From contig NZ_CP134950.1 in assembly GCF_032116555.1 (NCBI RefSeq), positions 1 to 64,000 on the forward strand: a stretch of DNA of 64,000 nucleotides. Reading direction: 5' to 3'. The first letter of the stretch is position 1. The number at the start of each line of letters is the position of its first letter. A model generated the notes under the pieces. The model was not told the DNA's origin. It made no database searches and saw nothing but the letters and a program-made list of their open reading frames with translations. Both the position numbers and the translations under genes were made by a program. Shown piece by piece: positions 19,470 to 30,109 of this stretch. Source of the stretch: Halorarum halobium (GTDB lineage: Archaea; Halobacteriota; Halobacteria; Halobacteriales; Haloferacaceae).

Positions 19470-20375
19470 ATGTACACAGATATTCTCATCCCAACCGATG
19501 GCAGCGAAAACGTCGAGCCGGCAATCCAGTACGGACTTGATCTCGCTCGTCGATACGACGCAACCGTCCACGCGCTCCACGTCGTCGATAGTTCGCCGAT
19601 CGAACGAAAGCTGGATCTGACCGCGCTGGAAACCGATCTGGAGACACTCCCGGACACATGGTATGAGGCTGGCGATGCCGCCACCCAGCAGATCGCAACT
19701 CGAGCTGCAGAACATGGCCTCGATGCGATGACTGAGGTTCGCCGTGGCATTCCAGCACGCGAGATCGCGTCCTACATCACTGATACCGGGATCGACCTCG
19801 TCTGTATGGGAACCAGAGGACACACTGGTCTCGACCGAGTCCTGCTCGGCAGTGTAACGACCCGAATCGTACGTACTGTCGATATCCCCGTCCTCAGTGT
19901 CAAATCGAAGCTGACGGAGGCGCTATCAGAATCCGAGATTCAGGGAGGCTTTGAGAATATTCTCGTCCCAACTGACGGGAGTAAGCCCGCACGAGAGGCA
20001 GTCACGCACGCTCTTGATTTGGCTCGGACGTACGATGCGACGCTCCATGCCCTCTACGTAGTGGACAGAGGTGCCTACGCGTCTCGTCCGGGATGGACGT
20101 GGGACGAACTGCAACAAGTACTGGAGCAAAACGGAGAGACTGTCGTCGAAGATGTCCAGTCCCGGACAGCTGCCGACGGTATCTCAGTCGCTGCTGAGAT
20201 CACACACGGCGTTCCTCATCAGGCAATAGAGGAATACTGCAATCAACATGGGATCGATATCGTCGTGATGGGCACACATGGACGGTCTGGCCTTACACGA
20301 CAGCTCATCGGGAGCGTAACTGAACGAGTTCTCCGAAGCTCGGACGTGCCGGTTCTTACCATTCGGGGTGTATAG
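19470..20375 (+). CDS. Tandem universal stress protein
   Basis: Two ILxPTDGS...MGTxGxxG...GSVT domains. Confidence 0.92.
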   Translation: MYTDILIPTDGSENVEPAIQYGLDLARRYDATVHALHVVDSSPIERKLDLTALETDLETLPDTWYEAGDAATQQIATRAAEHGLDAMTEVRRGIPAREIASYITDTGIDLVCMGTRGHTGLDRVLLGSVTTRIVRTVDIPVLSVKSKLTEALSESEIQGGFENILVPTDGSKPAREAVTHALDLARTYDATLHALYVVDRGAYASRPGWTWDELQQVLEQNGETVVEDVQSRTAADGISVAAEITHGVPHQAIEEYCNQHGIDIVVMGTHGRSGLTRQLIGSVTERVLRSSDVPVLTIRGV

Positions 20376-20437
20376 AGCGTATGCACCTACCTCCTGACGG
20401 GACCACGATTAAGCCATCCCTCACCATATCATAATCC

Positions 20438-23218
20438 ATGTCAAACCCTAACCCATTTGACGCTGTTCGTCAATTCGAGTTCGGTGGGTCGTCTTATCGG
20501 ATGGCGGACCTCACCGCTCTCGAGGAAGCGGGCCTTTGCGAACTGGATCGGCTTCCAGTCAGCATCCGAGTGCTCCTTGAATCTGTCCTCCGGAACGTCG
20601 ACGGTGACACCATCACCGCCGACGACGTTCGGCACGTCGCGTCGTGGCAGCCCGACGTCCCGGACGTCGAACTCCCGTTCACTCCCTCACGAGTCGTCCT
20701 CCAGGACCTCACTGGTGTCCCTGCCGTCGTCGACCTCGCAGCGCTCCGATCAGCGGTTGACCGGAAAGGCAAGGACCCCGCGATCGTCGAGCCAGAGATT
20801 CCAATTGACCTCGTGATCGACCACAGCGTCCAGGTCGACTATTTCGGCTCCGAGGACGCCTACGAGAAGAACGTCGAACTGGAGTACGAGCGCAACGGCG
20901 AGCGGTATCGAGCGCTGAAATGGGCGCAGCAGGCCTTCGACGACTTCCGCGTCGTCCCACCGGGAACGGGAATCGTCCACCAGGTCAATCTCGAATACCT
21001 CGGACAGGTCGTTCACGCCCGCGAACAAGGTGGGGACGACTGGCTGCTCCCGGATACGCTCGTCGGCACGGACAGTCACACGCCGATGATCGGCGGCATC
21101 GGCGTCGTCGGCTGGGGCGTCGGCGGCATCGAAGCCGAAGCCGCCATGCTCGGCCAGCCCATCACGATGAAACTGCCCGAGGTCGTCGGCGTCCGCCTCA
21201 CCGGCGAACTCCCCGAAGGGGCGACTGCGACCGACCTCGTACTTCACGTCACTGAACAGCTTCGCGAGGTCGGTGTCGTCGATCGGTTCGTCGAGTTCTT
21301 CGGCCCGGGCGTGTCGAACCTGACTGTTCCGGATCGGGCGACCATCGCGAACATGGCACCCGAACAGGGCTCGACCATCAGTATGTTCCCCGTCGACGAG
21401 GCGACACTCGACTACCTCGAACTCACGGGCCGTGACGAGGAGCACATCGACCTCGTTCGTGAATATCTCGACGCACAGGGACTGTTCGGTGAACAGAACC
21501 CCGAGTACACCGAAACGGTCGAACTCGACCTCTCGACGATCACGCCGAGTCTCGCAGGACCGAAGCGGCCCCAGGATCGCGTCCCGATGGACGACATGAA
21601 GACGCACTTCAGGGGGCTGGTCCACGGCGAATTCGAGGACGAACTCGACGAGGTCGACGAGGACGCACTCACCCGATGGCTCGGTGAAAGCAGTGCGCCC
21701 GACACCGATCGACCTGACCCCGACCTTCCGGGACCGGATGTTGGCGACCTCACCAAACGAGTCGAAGTCGATGTGAACGGTGAGACGACCGAAATCGGCC
21801 ACGGAAGCGTCGTGGTGAGCGCCATCACCAGTTGTACGAACACCTCGAATCCGTCCGTGATGCTCGCGGCGGGCCTCCTCGCTCGCAACGCTGTTGAGCG
21901 TGGGCTCGACGTCCCTGCGTACGTCAAGACGAGTCTGGCCCCGGGCAGTCGCGTGGTCACCGAATATCTCGAAGCGTCGGGACTGCTCCCGTACCTCGAG
22001 GACCTCGGCTACAACGTCGTCGGCTACGGCTGTACGACCTGTATCGGCAACGCCGGGCCGCTCCCCGAGCCCATCGAGCGCGCAATCGATGCCGAGGACC
22101 TCTGGACGACGAGCATTCTCTCGGGCAATCGCAACTTTGAGGCACGCATCCATCCGAAAGTGCGAGCGAACTATCTCGCCAGTCCGCCGCTCGTGGTCGC
22201 CTACGGCCTTGCTGGTCGGATGGATATCGACCTCGAACGTGACCCGCTCGGAACAGATGACAACGGCAATCCGGTGTATCTCTCGGATATCTGGCCTGAC
22301 GCCGACGAGATCCACGCGGCGGTTCACGACAGCGTCGACTCGTCGATGTTCGAGGAGAAGTACGCGGAGGTGTTCGAGGGGGACGAGCGCTGGGAAGCGC
22401 TCGATGCACCCACCGGTGATGTCTACGGGTGGGACGATTCTTCGACGTACATCCGCGAACCGCCCTTTTTCAAGGATTTCCCGCTGGAGCAACCGGGCGT
22501 CGCGGATATCGAGGACGCTCGGACGCTCATGTTGCTCGGTGACACGGTTACGACCGACCACATCAGTCCAGCGGGACCGTTTTCTCGCGAGCAGCCGGCC
22601 GGGGAGTGGCTCGTCGAACAGGGCATCGAACCCCACGAGTTCAACACGTACGGCGCTCGCCGGGGCAACCACGAGGTAATGATGCGCGGCACCTTCGCCA
22701 ACGTCCGTATCGAGAACGAGATGCTCGACGACGTCGAGGGTGGTTACACGATTCACCAGCCAACGGAAGAACAGACGACCGTCTTCGAAGCGAGCCGCCG
22801 CTATCGCGAGGACGACACGCCGCTGGTCGTGTTCGCCGGCGAGGAACTCGGCACCGGGTCGAGCCGCGACTGGGCCGCAAAGGGGACTGACCTCCTGGGC
22901 GTTCGAGCGACCATCGCCGAGAGCTACGAGCGTATCTTTCGTGACAACCTCGTCGGCATGGGTGTCCTCCCACTCCAGTTCGCCGACGGTGACTCGTGGG
23001 AGTCGCTCGGCCTCGACGGTTCGGAACGAATCGCGATTCACGGGCTCGACGACGGCCTAGACGTGAACGACAATCTCACAGTCGTTGCAGAACGTACCGA
23101 TGGTTCAACCGTCGAATTCCCGGTTACGGCACAGGTCGGGACGCCCGCAGCCGTTCGATACGTCGAAAATGGCGGAATCCTTCATCTGGTGCTCCGCCGA
23201 TTGCTTACCGTGGAGTAG
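20438..23218 (+). CDS. acnA: Aconitate hydratase AcnA
   Basis: LQDLTGVP, DSHT, TSCTNTSNP, GYGCTTCIGN, GNRNFEARIH, GSSRDWAAKG. Confidence 0.96.
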   Translation: MSNPNPFDAVRQFEFGGSSYRMADLTALEEAGLCELDRLPVSIRVLLESVLRNVDGDTITADDVRHVASWQPDVPDVELPFTPSRVVLQDLTGVPAVVDLAALRSAVDRKGKDPAIVEPEIPIDLVIDHSVQVDYFGSEDAYEKNVELEYERNGERYRALKWAQQAFDDFRVVPPGTGIVHQVNLEYLGQVVHAREQGGDDWLLPDTLVGTDSHTPMIGGIGVVGWGVGGIEAEAAMLGQPITMKLPEVVGVRLTGELPEGATATDLVLHVTEQLREVGVVDRFVEFFGPGVSNLTVPDRATIANMAPEQGSTISMFPVDEATLDYLELTGRDEEHIDLVREYLDAQGLFGEQNPEYTETVELDLSTITPSLAGPKRPQDRVPMDDMKTHFRGLVHGEFEDELDEVDEDALTRWLGESSAPDTDRPDPDLPGPDVGDLTKRVEVDVNGETTEIGHGSVVVSAITSCTNTSNPSVMLAAGLLARNAVERGLDVPAYVKTSLAPGSRVVTEYLEASGLLPYLEDLGYNVVGYGCTTCIGNAGPLPEPIERAIDAEDLWTTSILSGNRNFEARIHPKVRANYLASPPLVVAYGLAGRMDIDLERDPLGTDDNGNPVYLSDIWPDADEIHAAVHDSVDSSMFEEKYAEVFEGDERWEALDAPTGDVYGWDDSSTYIREPPFFKDFPLEQPGVADIEDARTLMLLGDTVTTDHISPAGPFSREQPAGEWLVEQGIEPHEFNTYGARRGNHEVMMRGTFANVRIENEMLDDVEGGYTIHQPTEEQTTVFEASRRYREDDTPLVVFAGEELGTGSSRDWAAKGTDLLGVRATIAESYERIFRDNLVGMGVLPLQFADGDSWESLGLDGSERIAIHGLDDGLDVNDNLTVVAERTDGSTVEFPVTAQVGTPAAVRYVENGGILHLVLRRLLTVE

Positions 23219-23243
23219 CAAGTAGCAACCAAAGTGACAAATA

Positions 23244-24497
23244 ATGTTGAATGCATTATCTTTACGATCTGAGGGTTTCTCCCTTCGCTCACAGCCGCCG
23301 TCAGAACCGTCCCCGCGAATCCAAAGCGTGGCAGTAATCGGTGGGGCAGTCGGCGGCCTCGCCGCTGCTGAAGGCTTTTCCAAGCGAGGGTTCGAAGTAG
23401 ACCTTTTTGAACGCCAGTCGTACGATGACAAACGAGTCAACTGCGGGGAAGCGATGACGGCCGTCTCTAAGATTCCACTCAGTTCGACGCCAACGAATGG
23501 GTTCGTCAATGCTCTTCCGGAGTTACGTGTAGAGATCTACGACGGAACGGCATCCCGAAGACAGCGCACCGGAGAGGGAACGTTCCCGGCCTCCGATACG
23601 TACATCACTGACAGAAACGTCGTCGAACGGCGATGGGCCGAACGCCTCGCTGAAAAGGGCGTTTCGATTCACGAGAACCACCAGATCACGAAGGCGAAGT
23701 TCCGGACGTTGGCCGACGAATACGACCTCTTGGTTGACGCGACTGGCCAACCGTCGATCACCAGCAAGATTCGAGGGAGAACGGACGAGTACGCGGGTCG
23801 GATGATCGCCATTAACGCTGACGTGGAGGGCGACTTTTCGGATCTCTACCCGAATAGCCAGATCATTCTTGAGGGCTATACCGGGTACGCGTGGGCGTTC
23901 TCGAAATCGCCCGAGCGGGCCAACGTCGGCATCGGGTGGACCGAGAGCGAACGCCCAGCCGATTACATGGCCGAATTTGTGGCGGCATGCGAACGAAACG
24001 GCTGGCCGATGCCATCTCGGAGTCAGACGAATATTGCTATCATTCCCGAAGGACCGAGTCTCGATCCTGCGCTGACCTATCTACCTGAGTGGCCCGTCGT
24101 TCGCGTCGGGGATGCGGCTGGAATCGCGAATCGGCTGACCGGGAAAGGGATCTCGCAAGCAATTCAGTCGTCGTATCTCGCAGCCAAGTTGACGGCGGAG
24201 GGAAGTCTACAGGAGTATCCAGACCGACTCTATCGGATGATGAAAGGAGAGTACCTGCTCGCCCGAATTATGCGGCACCTCGTCGAGACTCGTCAGATGA
24301 CCGTTCTCGGTGATGCCGTCCAAGTGGTGTCTGGAATCGACATTGAAGACATCGATCGATCCCCACGGGCGGTTCTCCGTCGCTTCTTGCGGCATCCACG
24401 GGTGGCTGCTCGGATTTTCTCCAACCCGGCTGTAATCAAGCAGACGTATGCCGCCGTCACAGACGCTTGGGAATACGATACTATTCAGCCGGTATGA
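23244..24497 (+). CDS. FAD-dependent oxidoreductase, geranylgeranyl-reductase-like
   Basis: VIGGAVGG, NCGEAM, GYAWAF, VGDAAG..TGKGI; start uncertain. Confidence 0.8.
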   Translation: MLNALSLRSEGFSLRSQPPSEPSPRIQSVAVIGGAVGGLAAAEGFSKRGFEVDLFERQSYDDKRVNCGEAMTAVSKIPLSSTPTNGFVNALPELRVEIYDGTASRRQRTGEGTFPASDTYITDRNVVERRWAERLAEKGVSIHENHQITKAKFRTLADEYDLLVDATGQPSITSKIRGRTDEYAGRMIAINADVEGDFSDLYPNSQIILEGYTGYAWAFSKSPERANVGIGWTESERPADYMAEFVAACERNGWPMPSRSQTNIAIIPEGPSLDPALTYLPEWPVVRVGDAAGIANRLTGKGISQAIQSSYLAAKLTAEGSLQEYPDRLYRMMKGEYLLARIMRHLVETRQMTVLGDAVQVVSGIDIEDIDRSPRAVLRRFLRHPRVAARIFSNPAVIKQTYAAVTDAWEYDTIQPV

Positions 24498-24594
24498 CGG
24501 TATCGGGGAGATCACCCCGAAAAGGGCGCTCTATTCCGGTCTGGCGAGATCCCACCGCGATTTTATAACCCTTTGCCGGGAATAGGCACACGAT

Positions 24595-25149
24595 ATGGGA
24601 TCTCAAGAAGTTCAATTAGAAAGTACAATTGGGGGATTCACCGCAAGCGGTCGACTACACACGTTGAGTGTCTGGTTTATTTTCGGGCTTCGGTTGATGA
24701 TGGGACTGGCGTTCTTCCAGAGTGGTCTCGACAAGGTCCTCTCGGGGAGTTTTAGTGCCGGTGGATATCTCACCGGGGCCGTTCCGAACCGCGGGAGCCC
24801 ACTTGCTGATCTGTTCGTAGCGATGGGGAACACGCCGTGGTTCGTCGACTTCGTGAACGTCGCAGTACCGTGGGGAGAGCTGCTTATCGGGCTCGGGTTG
24901 TTGTTCGGTGCCCTCACTCGACTCGCTGCGTTCTGGGGGGCATTTATGATGCTCATGTTCTATTTCGGCAACTGGGATGTCGCACATGGCTACATCAACG
25001 GGGATTTCGCGTACATGCTCGTTTTCCTCTCAGTCGCCGCGTTCGGAGCGGGACGGATCCTCGGTCTCGATGCGTATATCGAACAGTATGAGGTCGGCGG
25101 AGTGCCGCTCGTCGAACGGTATCCATGGACTCGATATCTACTCGGGTAA
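24595..25149 (+). CDS. DoxX/DoxD-family membrane protein
   Basis: LRLMMG..SGLDK, WGELLIGLGL, GAGRILGLD. Confidence 0.88.
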   Translation: MGSQEVQLESTIGGFTASGRLHTLSVWFIFGLRLMMGLAFFQSGLDKVLSGSFSAGGYLTGAVPNRGSPLADLFVAMGNTPWFVDFVNVAVPWGELLIGLGLLFGALTRLAAFWGAFMMLMFYFGNWDVAHGYINGDFAYMLVFLSVAAFGAGRILGLDAYIEQYEVGGVPLVERYPWTRYLLG

Positions 25150-25155
25150 GTAAGC

Positions 25156-25836
25156 GTGTCATCAATAGATCCCACTATTACGAATCCCGGTGCTTGGGGC
25201 CTCGCGATTATCTTCATTGTCGTAGTTTCTTGGTTCTTCTATCGGTACTTCGCTCCTGATAGCTGGCGGGAGTGGGTCGGCGCAGGAGTGGTACAGGCGT
25301 TCATCATTGCATTATATGCGGAGATGTATGGGTTTCCACTGACGATCTATCTGCTGGTCCGGTTTTTCGGTCTGGATCGCGAGTACGTCAGTACCAATCT
25401 CTGGTCCACACTGATCGGGTTTGGCGAGACGGGTATGTTCGTATCAATGCTCCTCGGCTACGCTGTGGCGTTTGTCGGCATCGGCCTGTTTGCTCAGGGA
25501 TGGCGACAAGTCTATCATGCCCGGCAGGACGACCGACTGGTCACAGACGGGCTTTACAGGTACGTCCGTCACCCACAATACACCGGCCTGTTCATCGCCC
25601 TGTTCGGCGAGGGCATCATTCACTGGCCGACGATCTTCTCTGTCGCTCTATTTCCGCTCGTCGTTGTGATTTTTACGTGGCTTGCACGGAGGGAAGAGCA
25701 TGATATGGTCGATACATTCGGTGATGACTACCGCACTTATCAGCGTAAGGTACCGATGTTTATCCCTCGATGGGAGCAGTGGCGCGATCTCGTTGCTGAA
25801 TCTCGTAGTAGCAGTGACGATTTCAAAGACCCGTGA
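25156..25836 (+). CDS. ICMT/PEMT-family membrane methyltransferase
   Basis: LYAEMYGFPLTIY, LVTDGLYRYVRHPQY, EE..Y..Y..KVPMFIP. Confidence 0.88.
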   Translation: MSSIDPTITNPGAWGLAIIFIVVVSWFFYRYFAPDSWREWVGAGVVQAFIIALYAEMYGFPLTIYLLVRFFGLDREYVSTNLWSTLIGFGETGMFVSMLLGYAVAFVGIGLFAQGWRQVYHARQDDRLVTDGLYRYVRHPQYTGLFIALFGEGIIHWPTIFSVALFPLVVVIFTWLARREEHDMVDTFGDDYRTYQRKVPMFIPRWEQWRDLVAESRSSSDDFKDP

Positions 25837-26008
25837 CTTCGGTGAGGGCGATCTGGAATGAATGGTGTTCGTATCGAAACTGTGTTCGCGAGGTGGACGG
25901 GAGGTCAGGGACCAATAGCCCGAAATCGTAGATGTTCCTTGACCGAGTCGTCGAATTATCGATCGACGAAATCGTTATTGTAAAGTACGTGAGCAGGTGG
26001 ACGGCCCG

Positions 26009-27343
26009 TCAGTCCGTCGTAGCCGCGTACTCTTCGCCACCGCGTTCCCCGCCGGCGACCGAATCTTGGTTATGGAGCCAGTAGAGGAACGCAAAGAACG
26101 CAGTCGCGAGGACGTTCAACACCAGCTTGTAGTTGAGCTCGATGGATACCTCGGCGATTTGGGCAGAGGCCCGCGACGGGATGAGTCCCAACCCTAGGAA
26201 CAGGAAGTGAACCACGAACCCGACGATAACGGCGCTGATGAAGATCATCAGACTGAGTACCGCCGCGAACGTCGTCCCGTAGTACTCGTCGTAGGCCTTC
26301 ATGATGGGTGGGACGATGAGATCCGCGAAGATGTACGAGAGAACCGACCCGAAGGGAAGTCCGCGGGTCCAGAGGACGGTCCCGAACGGGACGTTGCCGA
26401 CCGAGCAAACGAAGGTGACGACGCCGATGATCGCACCGAGCGCGGCCGTCCAGAGGACGTACACCGGCAAGCCGAACACGGCGCCGGAGAAGACGCTCGT
26501 CCAGACGGACTCGGGGATGAAGCCCGCGATGAGCCCAGCGAAGATGAAGCCGATAGCGATTTCATCCCAGAGCATCGCCCACTCCTTCCACTGTTTGTCA
26601 GCGAGCCCCTTCCACCCCGACCAGGACGTCGCTTTCTCCCGAATCGAGGTATTCGCTTCCTTCGGGTCGAAGCTGTCCTTGCAGGATTGCGAACAGAAGT
26701 AGTACGTCTGCCCATCATGCTCGATGGAGTGGTCGGTCTCCTCGGGGTCGACCTCCATCCCACAGACGGGATCCTGTACGGTAATACCCTCCTCATCGGT
26801 GACGTTCTTGCGTGCTTCGTCGAGAATCTCGTCGGGTACGAGGTAGACGAAGCCGACCGACATCAGGCCGATGAGGAGCAGGCCACCGATCACGTCGGCG
26901 AGCAGGAACTCCCAGCCGAGCAGCAGCCAGATGACGATCCCGATCTCGATGACGAGATTCGTCGAGGCGAACTGGAACGCGGCCAGTGCCGCTGCCGCGG
27001 ACGCGCCCTTCTTGTAGAGGTTTTTCGCGGTGGCGATGGCCGAGTACGAGCACGACGAGGAGACGAACCCGAAGAACGTGGCGAGTCCAATCTCTCGTGG
27101 GCCGTGGCCTTCGAGTAGCTCCGAAATTTGTTGGGTCGAGACCCACGCCTCGACGCCGCCGGCGATGGCGAAGCCGATCACGAGTGCCCACCAGGTAATC
27201 CAGGCCATCGCGGCGGTCGTCGTCGCAGCTTGGCGGGTGCTCTCCACGAAGAATCGCCCGAGTGGTTGGTTAGTCGTTACGACACCTATGAGGACGGTGA
27301 CTACGCCGATAACCGAGAGGATCACGTAATCTGATCTGTCCAT
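26009..27343 (-). CDS. DUF318/ArsP-like permease with YHS domain
   Basis: SSSCSYSA, ASTNLVIE, DPVCGM..YYFCSQSC, FVCSVGNVP; paralog of 17428-18831. Confidence 0.88.
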   Translation of the reverse strand: MDRSDYVILSVIGVVTVLIGVVTTNQPLGRFFVESTRQAATTTAAMAWITWWALVIGFAIAGGVEAWVSTQQISELLEGHGPREIGLATFFGFVSSSCSYSAIATAKNLYKKGASAAAALAAFQFASTNLVIEIGIVIWLLLGWEFLLADVIGGLLLIGLMSVGFVYLVPDEILDEARKNVTDEEGITVQDPVCGMEVDPEETDHSIEHDGQTYYFCSQSCKDSFDPKEANTSIREKATSWSGWKGLADKQWKEWAMLWDEIAIGFIFAGLIAGFIPESVWTSVFSGAVFGLPVYVLWTAALGAIIGVVTFVCSVGNVPFGTVLWTRGLPFGSVLSYIFADLIVPPIMKAYDEYYGTTFAAVLSLMIFISAVIVGFVVHFLFLGLGLIPSRASAQIAEVSIELNYKLVLNVLATAFFAFLYWLHNQDSVAGGERGGEEYAATTD

Positions 27344-27524
27344 TGTCTTGGTGGCCTACATCTAGGGTCTCCTCCCCTAATGCGATTGTGGCTACATCTG
27401 TGGGATATATCGTGTATTATTTTTTGGAGACCGGCGTCACAACCCTAGCAGAATTTGGAATCCAGGAATGGGACACCTCAGGTGAGGAGTAATTGACTTG
27501 TGGCTGGCTGGAGAGGGTAGCCGT

Positions 27525-27824
27525 ATGCTCACGTCCCTCAGCGAACTTCTCGTAACGGGTACCATTCTCGCGAGCACCGCGTACACGGTGAGTAAAACGC
27601 CCGCTATCTGGCACCAGTACGAGGGAATATATGGTCTCCTTCTCGTTGGAGTACCGCTCGTTGGGCTGCTGTTCGGGATCGCCCATCTCGGGATGCTCAC
27701 GCCGCTTCCGCATAGCCTGCTCGCTGCAGTGGAAACCGGAGCTCTCCTCGGTGTCGTAGTCGTACTCGGCGCACTCGGGTACATTCACCCGCGACTTGGG
27801 TATTCTGGGGGAAAATCCCGATGA
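27525..27824 (+). CDS. Small membrane protein
   Basis: About 3 TM, overlaps the next gene. Confidence 0.6.
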   Translation: MLTSLSELLVTGTILASTAYTVSKTPAIWHQYEGIYGLLLVGVPLVGLLFGIAHLGMLTPLPHSLLAAVETGALLGVVVVLGALGYIHPRLGYSGGKSR

Positions 27825-28120
27825 CTGCGCTCCTCTTTTCGTTACTCTCGGCAGTCGTCGCTGGTGGGCTTGCGTTCCTTTGTTACATCCTGCTCTACGG
27901 GGACACCGTGCTGGTGATTCAGCGGCCGTTCTTTTTCAGAATCGGCGTTGGGGCGCTCTGCGCTGCCGTCCTCGGGGCAAGTACAGTAGTGGTCGGCTGG
28001 GTTCCGACGCATCTTCTTCACGCTGTCTTCGCAGTGTCAGTCGCTGCGGCGATCCGGGCAGTCCATAACGGTCTCCATCCGGACACTGAAACGTGGTTCT
28101 ACTCGCTCTTCGGAACCTGA
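27821..28120 (+). CDS. Small 3-TM protein resembling the N-terminal domain of 31045-31635
   Basis: THLLH...VHNGL...W..SLF vs THLIH...LHNDL...W.SLLF. Confidence 0.65.
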   Translation: MTALLFSLLSAVVAGGLAFLCYILLYGDTVLVIQRPFFFRIGVGALCAAVLGASTVVVGWVPTHLLHAVFAVSVAAAIRAVHNGLHPDTETWFYSLFGT

Positions 28121-28211
28121 GCATCAAAGCAAACGATTTCTACTCCCAGACTGTGGTGGTTTGGATTCGTAACGACAAGAAGTCTAAAGATGGCACCCCA
28201 ACGGAGAGACG

Positions 28212-29510
28212 ATGAGCGAGAAGTTGGGCCTTCTCGGTACAGTCTCGATTGCGCTCGGTGGTATGATTGGTGGTGGAATCTTCGCCGTACTTGGCGTGGT
28301 TGCAGAAATGTCGGGGCCTGCTGCGTGGCTCGCGTTTACCGGCGGCGGTGTCGTCGCGTTCTGCGCTGGCTACTCGTACGTTCGTCTCCAGCGGCTTGGC
28401 GATGTATCCGGCGGTTCGGTCAGTTTTTTACAGGAGTTCGGTGAGTCGACGACGGTCGCTGGGATGGTCGGTTGGACGCTTCTGTTCGGCTATATCGGGT
28501 CGATGGGTATGTACGCGTTCGCATTCGGTAGTTTCGCGACGAAACTCCTCGGCGTCGAAACCGTACTCGGGATTCCACTCCGTCCCGTTGTGTCGGTTCT
28601 CAGCGTCCTGGGGTTTGTACTGCTGAACGTCCTTGGTGCCCGAGCGAGTGGCGTGACCGAGGTGCTCCTCGTCGCGGCAAAGGCCGGGATTCTCCTCATT
28701 TTTGGTGTGTGGGGGTTCTATTTTGGAGCGCGGACAGAACAGCTGACGACCGGGTTCTCCTCCGTCGCGACGGGCGGGTTACTCATGTCCGCTGCCCTCT
28801 CGTTCGTCGCCTTTCAGGGCTGGCAGCTACTCTTTTACGACGAGGGGAGTCTTCGAAACGCTCGGACGACCATCCCGCAGGCAATCTATCTTTCAATCCC
28901 CGCGTCCCTCGGGCTGTACGTCCTCGTGGCAGTCGTCACGACGGGTCTGCTTCAGCCCGAAACGATCGCCGCGAACCCCGAGGTGTCACTCGCCATCGCG
29001 GCCGAACCGTTCATGGGGCAAATGGGGTTCATCCTCATTTCCGTGGCGGCGCTGTTCTCGACTGGGAGCGCGATCAACGCCACGCTGTTCTCGGCGGCCC
29101 ACTTTGCGACGGGAATGCTTGAAGACGACCTACTTCCCGATCGGATCGGAGACACCGATGCCGACGGTGCTCCTACGCGAACACTTCTCGTCTTGGGCTT
29201 GATAACAGCCGCGTTCACCGCCTACGGTAGTCTTCAAGGAATCACGTCGTTCGCGTCGCTTGCGTTCATCACCGTCTTTGGGTTGATGAGTTTCCTCGCG
29301 TTCCGGCATCGAGAGGGCCTTCGCACAGGTATCCTCCCCGTCGTCGGCGGGGTTGGTGCAGTACTGTTCTTCCCTTCGTTAGCGTATCACCTTGCCGTGA
29401 TGGAACCCGCCGTTTTTAGTGTGGTTCTTGTTGTGACGGTCGTCCTCCTAGGACTGGAAATCCTCTACTTCGAGCGAGAGACTATTCGCTCCGAAATCGA
29501 TGGCATATGA
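28212..29510 (+). CDS. APC-superfamily amino acid permease
   Basis: GGMIGGGIFAVLG, FVAFQGW, about 12 TM. Confidence 0.9.
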   Translation: MSEKLGLLGTVSIALGGMIGGGIFAVLGVVAEMSGPAAWLAFTGGGVVAFCAGYSYVRLQRLGDVSGGSVSFLQEFGESTTVAGMVGWTLLFGYIGSMGMYAFAFGSFATKLLGVETVLGIPLRPVVSVLSVLGFVLLNVLGARASGVTEVLLVAAKAGILLIFGVWGFYFGARTEQLTTGFSSVATGGLLMSAALSFVAFQGWQLLFYDEGSLRNARTTIPQAIYLSIPASLGLYVLVAVVTTGLLQPETIAANPEVSLAIAAEPFMGQMGFILISVAALFSTGSAINATLFSAAHFATGMLEDDLLPDRIGDTDADGAPTRTLLVLGLITAAFTAYGSLQGITSFASLAFITVFGLMSFLAFRHREGLRTGILPVVGGVGAVLFFPSLAYHLAVMEPAVFSVVLVVTVVLLGLEILYFERETIRSEIDGI

Positions 29511-29557
29511 CGCTGACGGTGTCGCAGTCCTTGAACGATTAAATAGCTTGGGCAGTA

Positions 29558-30070
29558 TTGTTGAGTGTGCTCTTTTGGGTCCACGCTGCAGTCGCGTATC
29601 TCGTTTACCGAGGCATTTCTGGTGATTCTACTGACCGAAGTGACGATGCCCCGATTATTGCCCTGTTCGGGGGTGCGTTGCTCCCGGATATCGTCGACAA
29701 ACCACTCGCGTTTGTACTTCCATCGCTCCCGAGTCGGTCGGTCGCACACTCGGTGTTTACTGCGGCACTCGTCGTCCTGATCGTCCTCTACGTCACGAAA
29801 CACAGAGACCAGTGGGAGGTCGGCGCGGCGTACGCGCTCGGATATGGATCACACCTCGCTGCGGACCTCATTGATTACCTGTTCGTCCCCGAGGAGACTC
29901 TACTGTTTCTGTTCTGGCCGGTCGTGACTGACTATCACCACGTCGAGACGATTGGAGACCTGCTCGCGCTGGTTAGACCCACCCCGTACGTCGTCGGCCA
30001 GACTATTGTCACATTGCTCGCAGTTGCGCTCTGGTTCGGAGCTGGCAAACCGGACACATTCACCGAATGA
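29558..30070 (+). CDS. YdjM-like membrane metal-dependent hydrolase
   Basis: H, GALLPDIVDKP, RSVAHS, GYGSHLAAD. Confidence 0.82.
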   Translation: MLSVLFWVHAAVAYLVYRGISGDSTDRSDDAPIIALFGGALLPDIVDKPLAFVLPSLPSRSVAHSVFTAALVVLIVLYVTKHRDQWEVGAAYALGYGSHLAADLIDYLFVPEETLLFLFWPVVTDYHHVETIGDLLALVRPTPYVVGQTIVTLLAVALWFGAGKPDTFTE

Positions 30071-30109
30071 GCCGGCGTTCTTATCCGTGTCGTATGCTTC
30101 CATCCGTCG

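Noticed and set aside
20750..23041. 763-aa minus-strand ORF
   Set aside because: Antisense shadow of acnA
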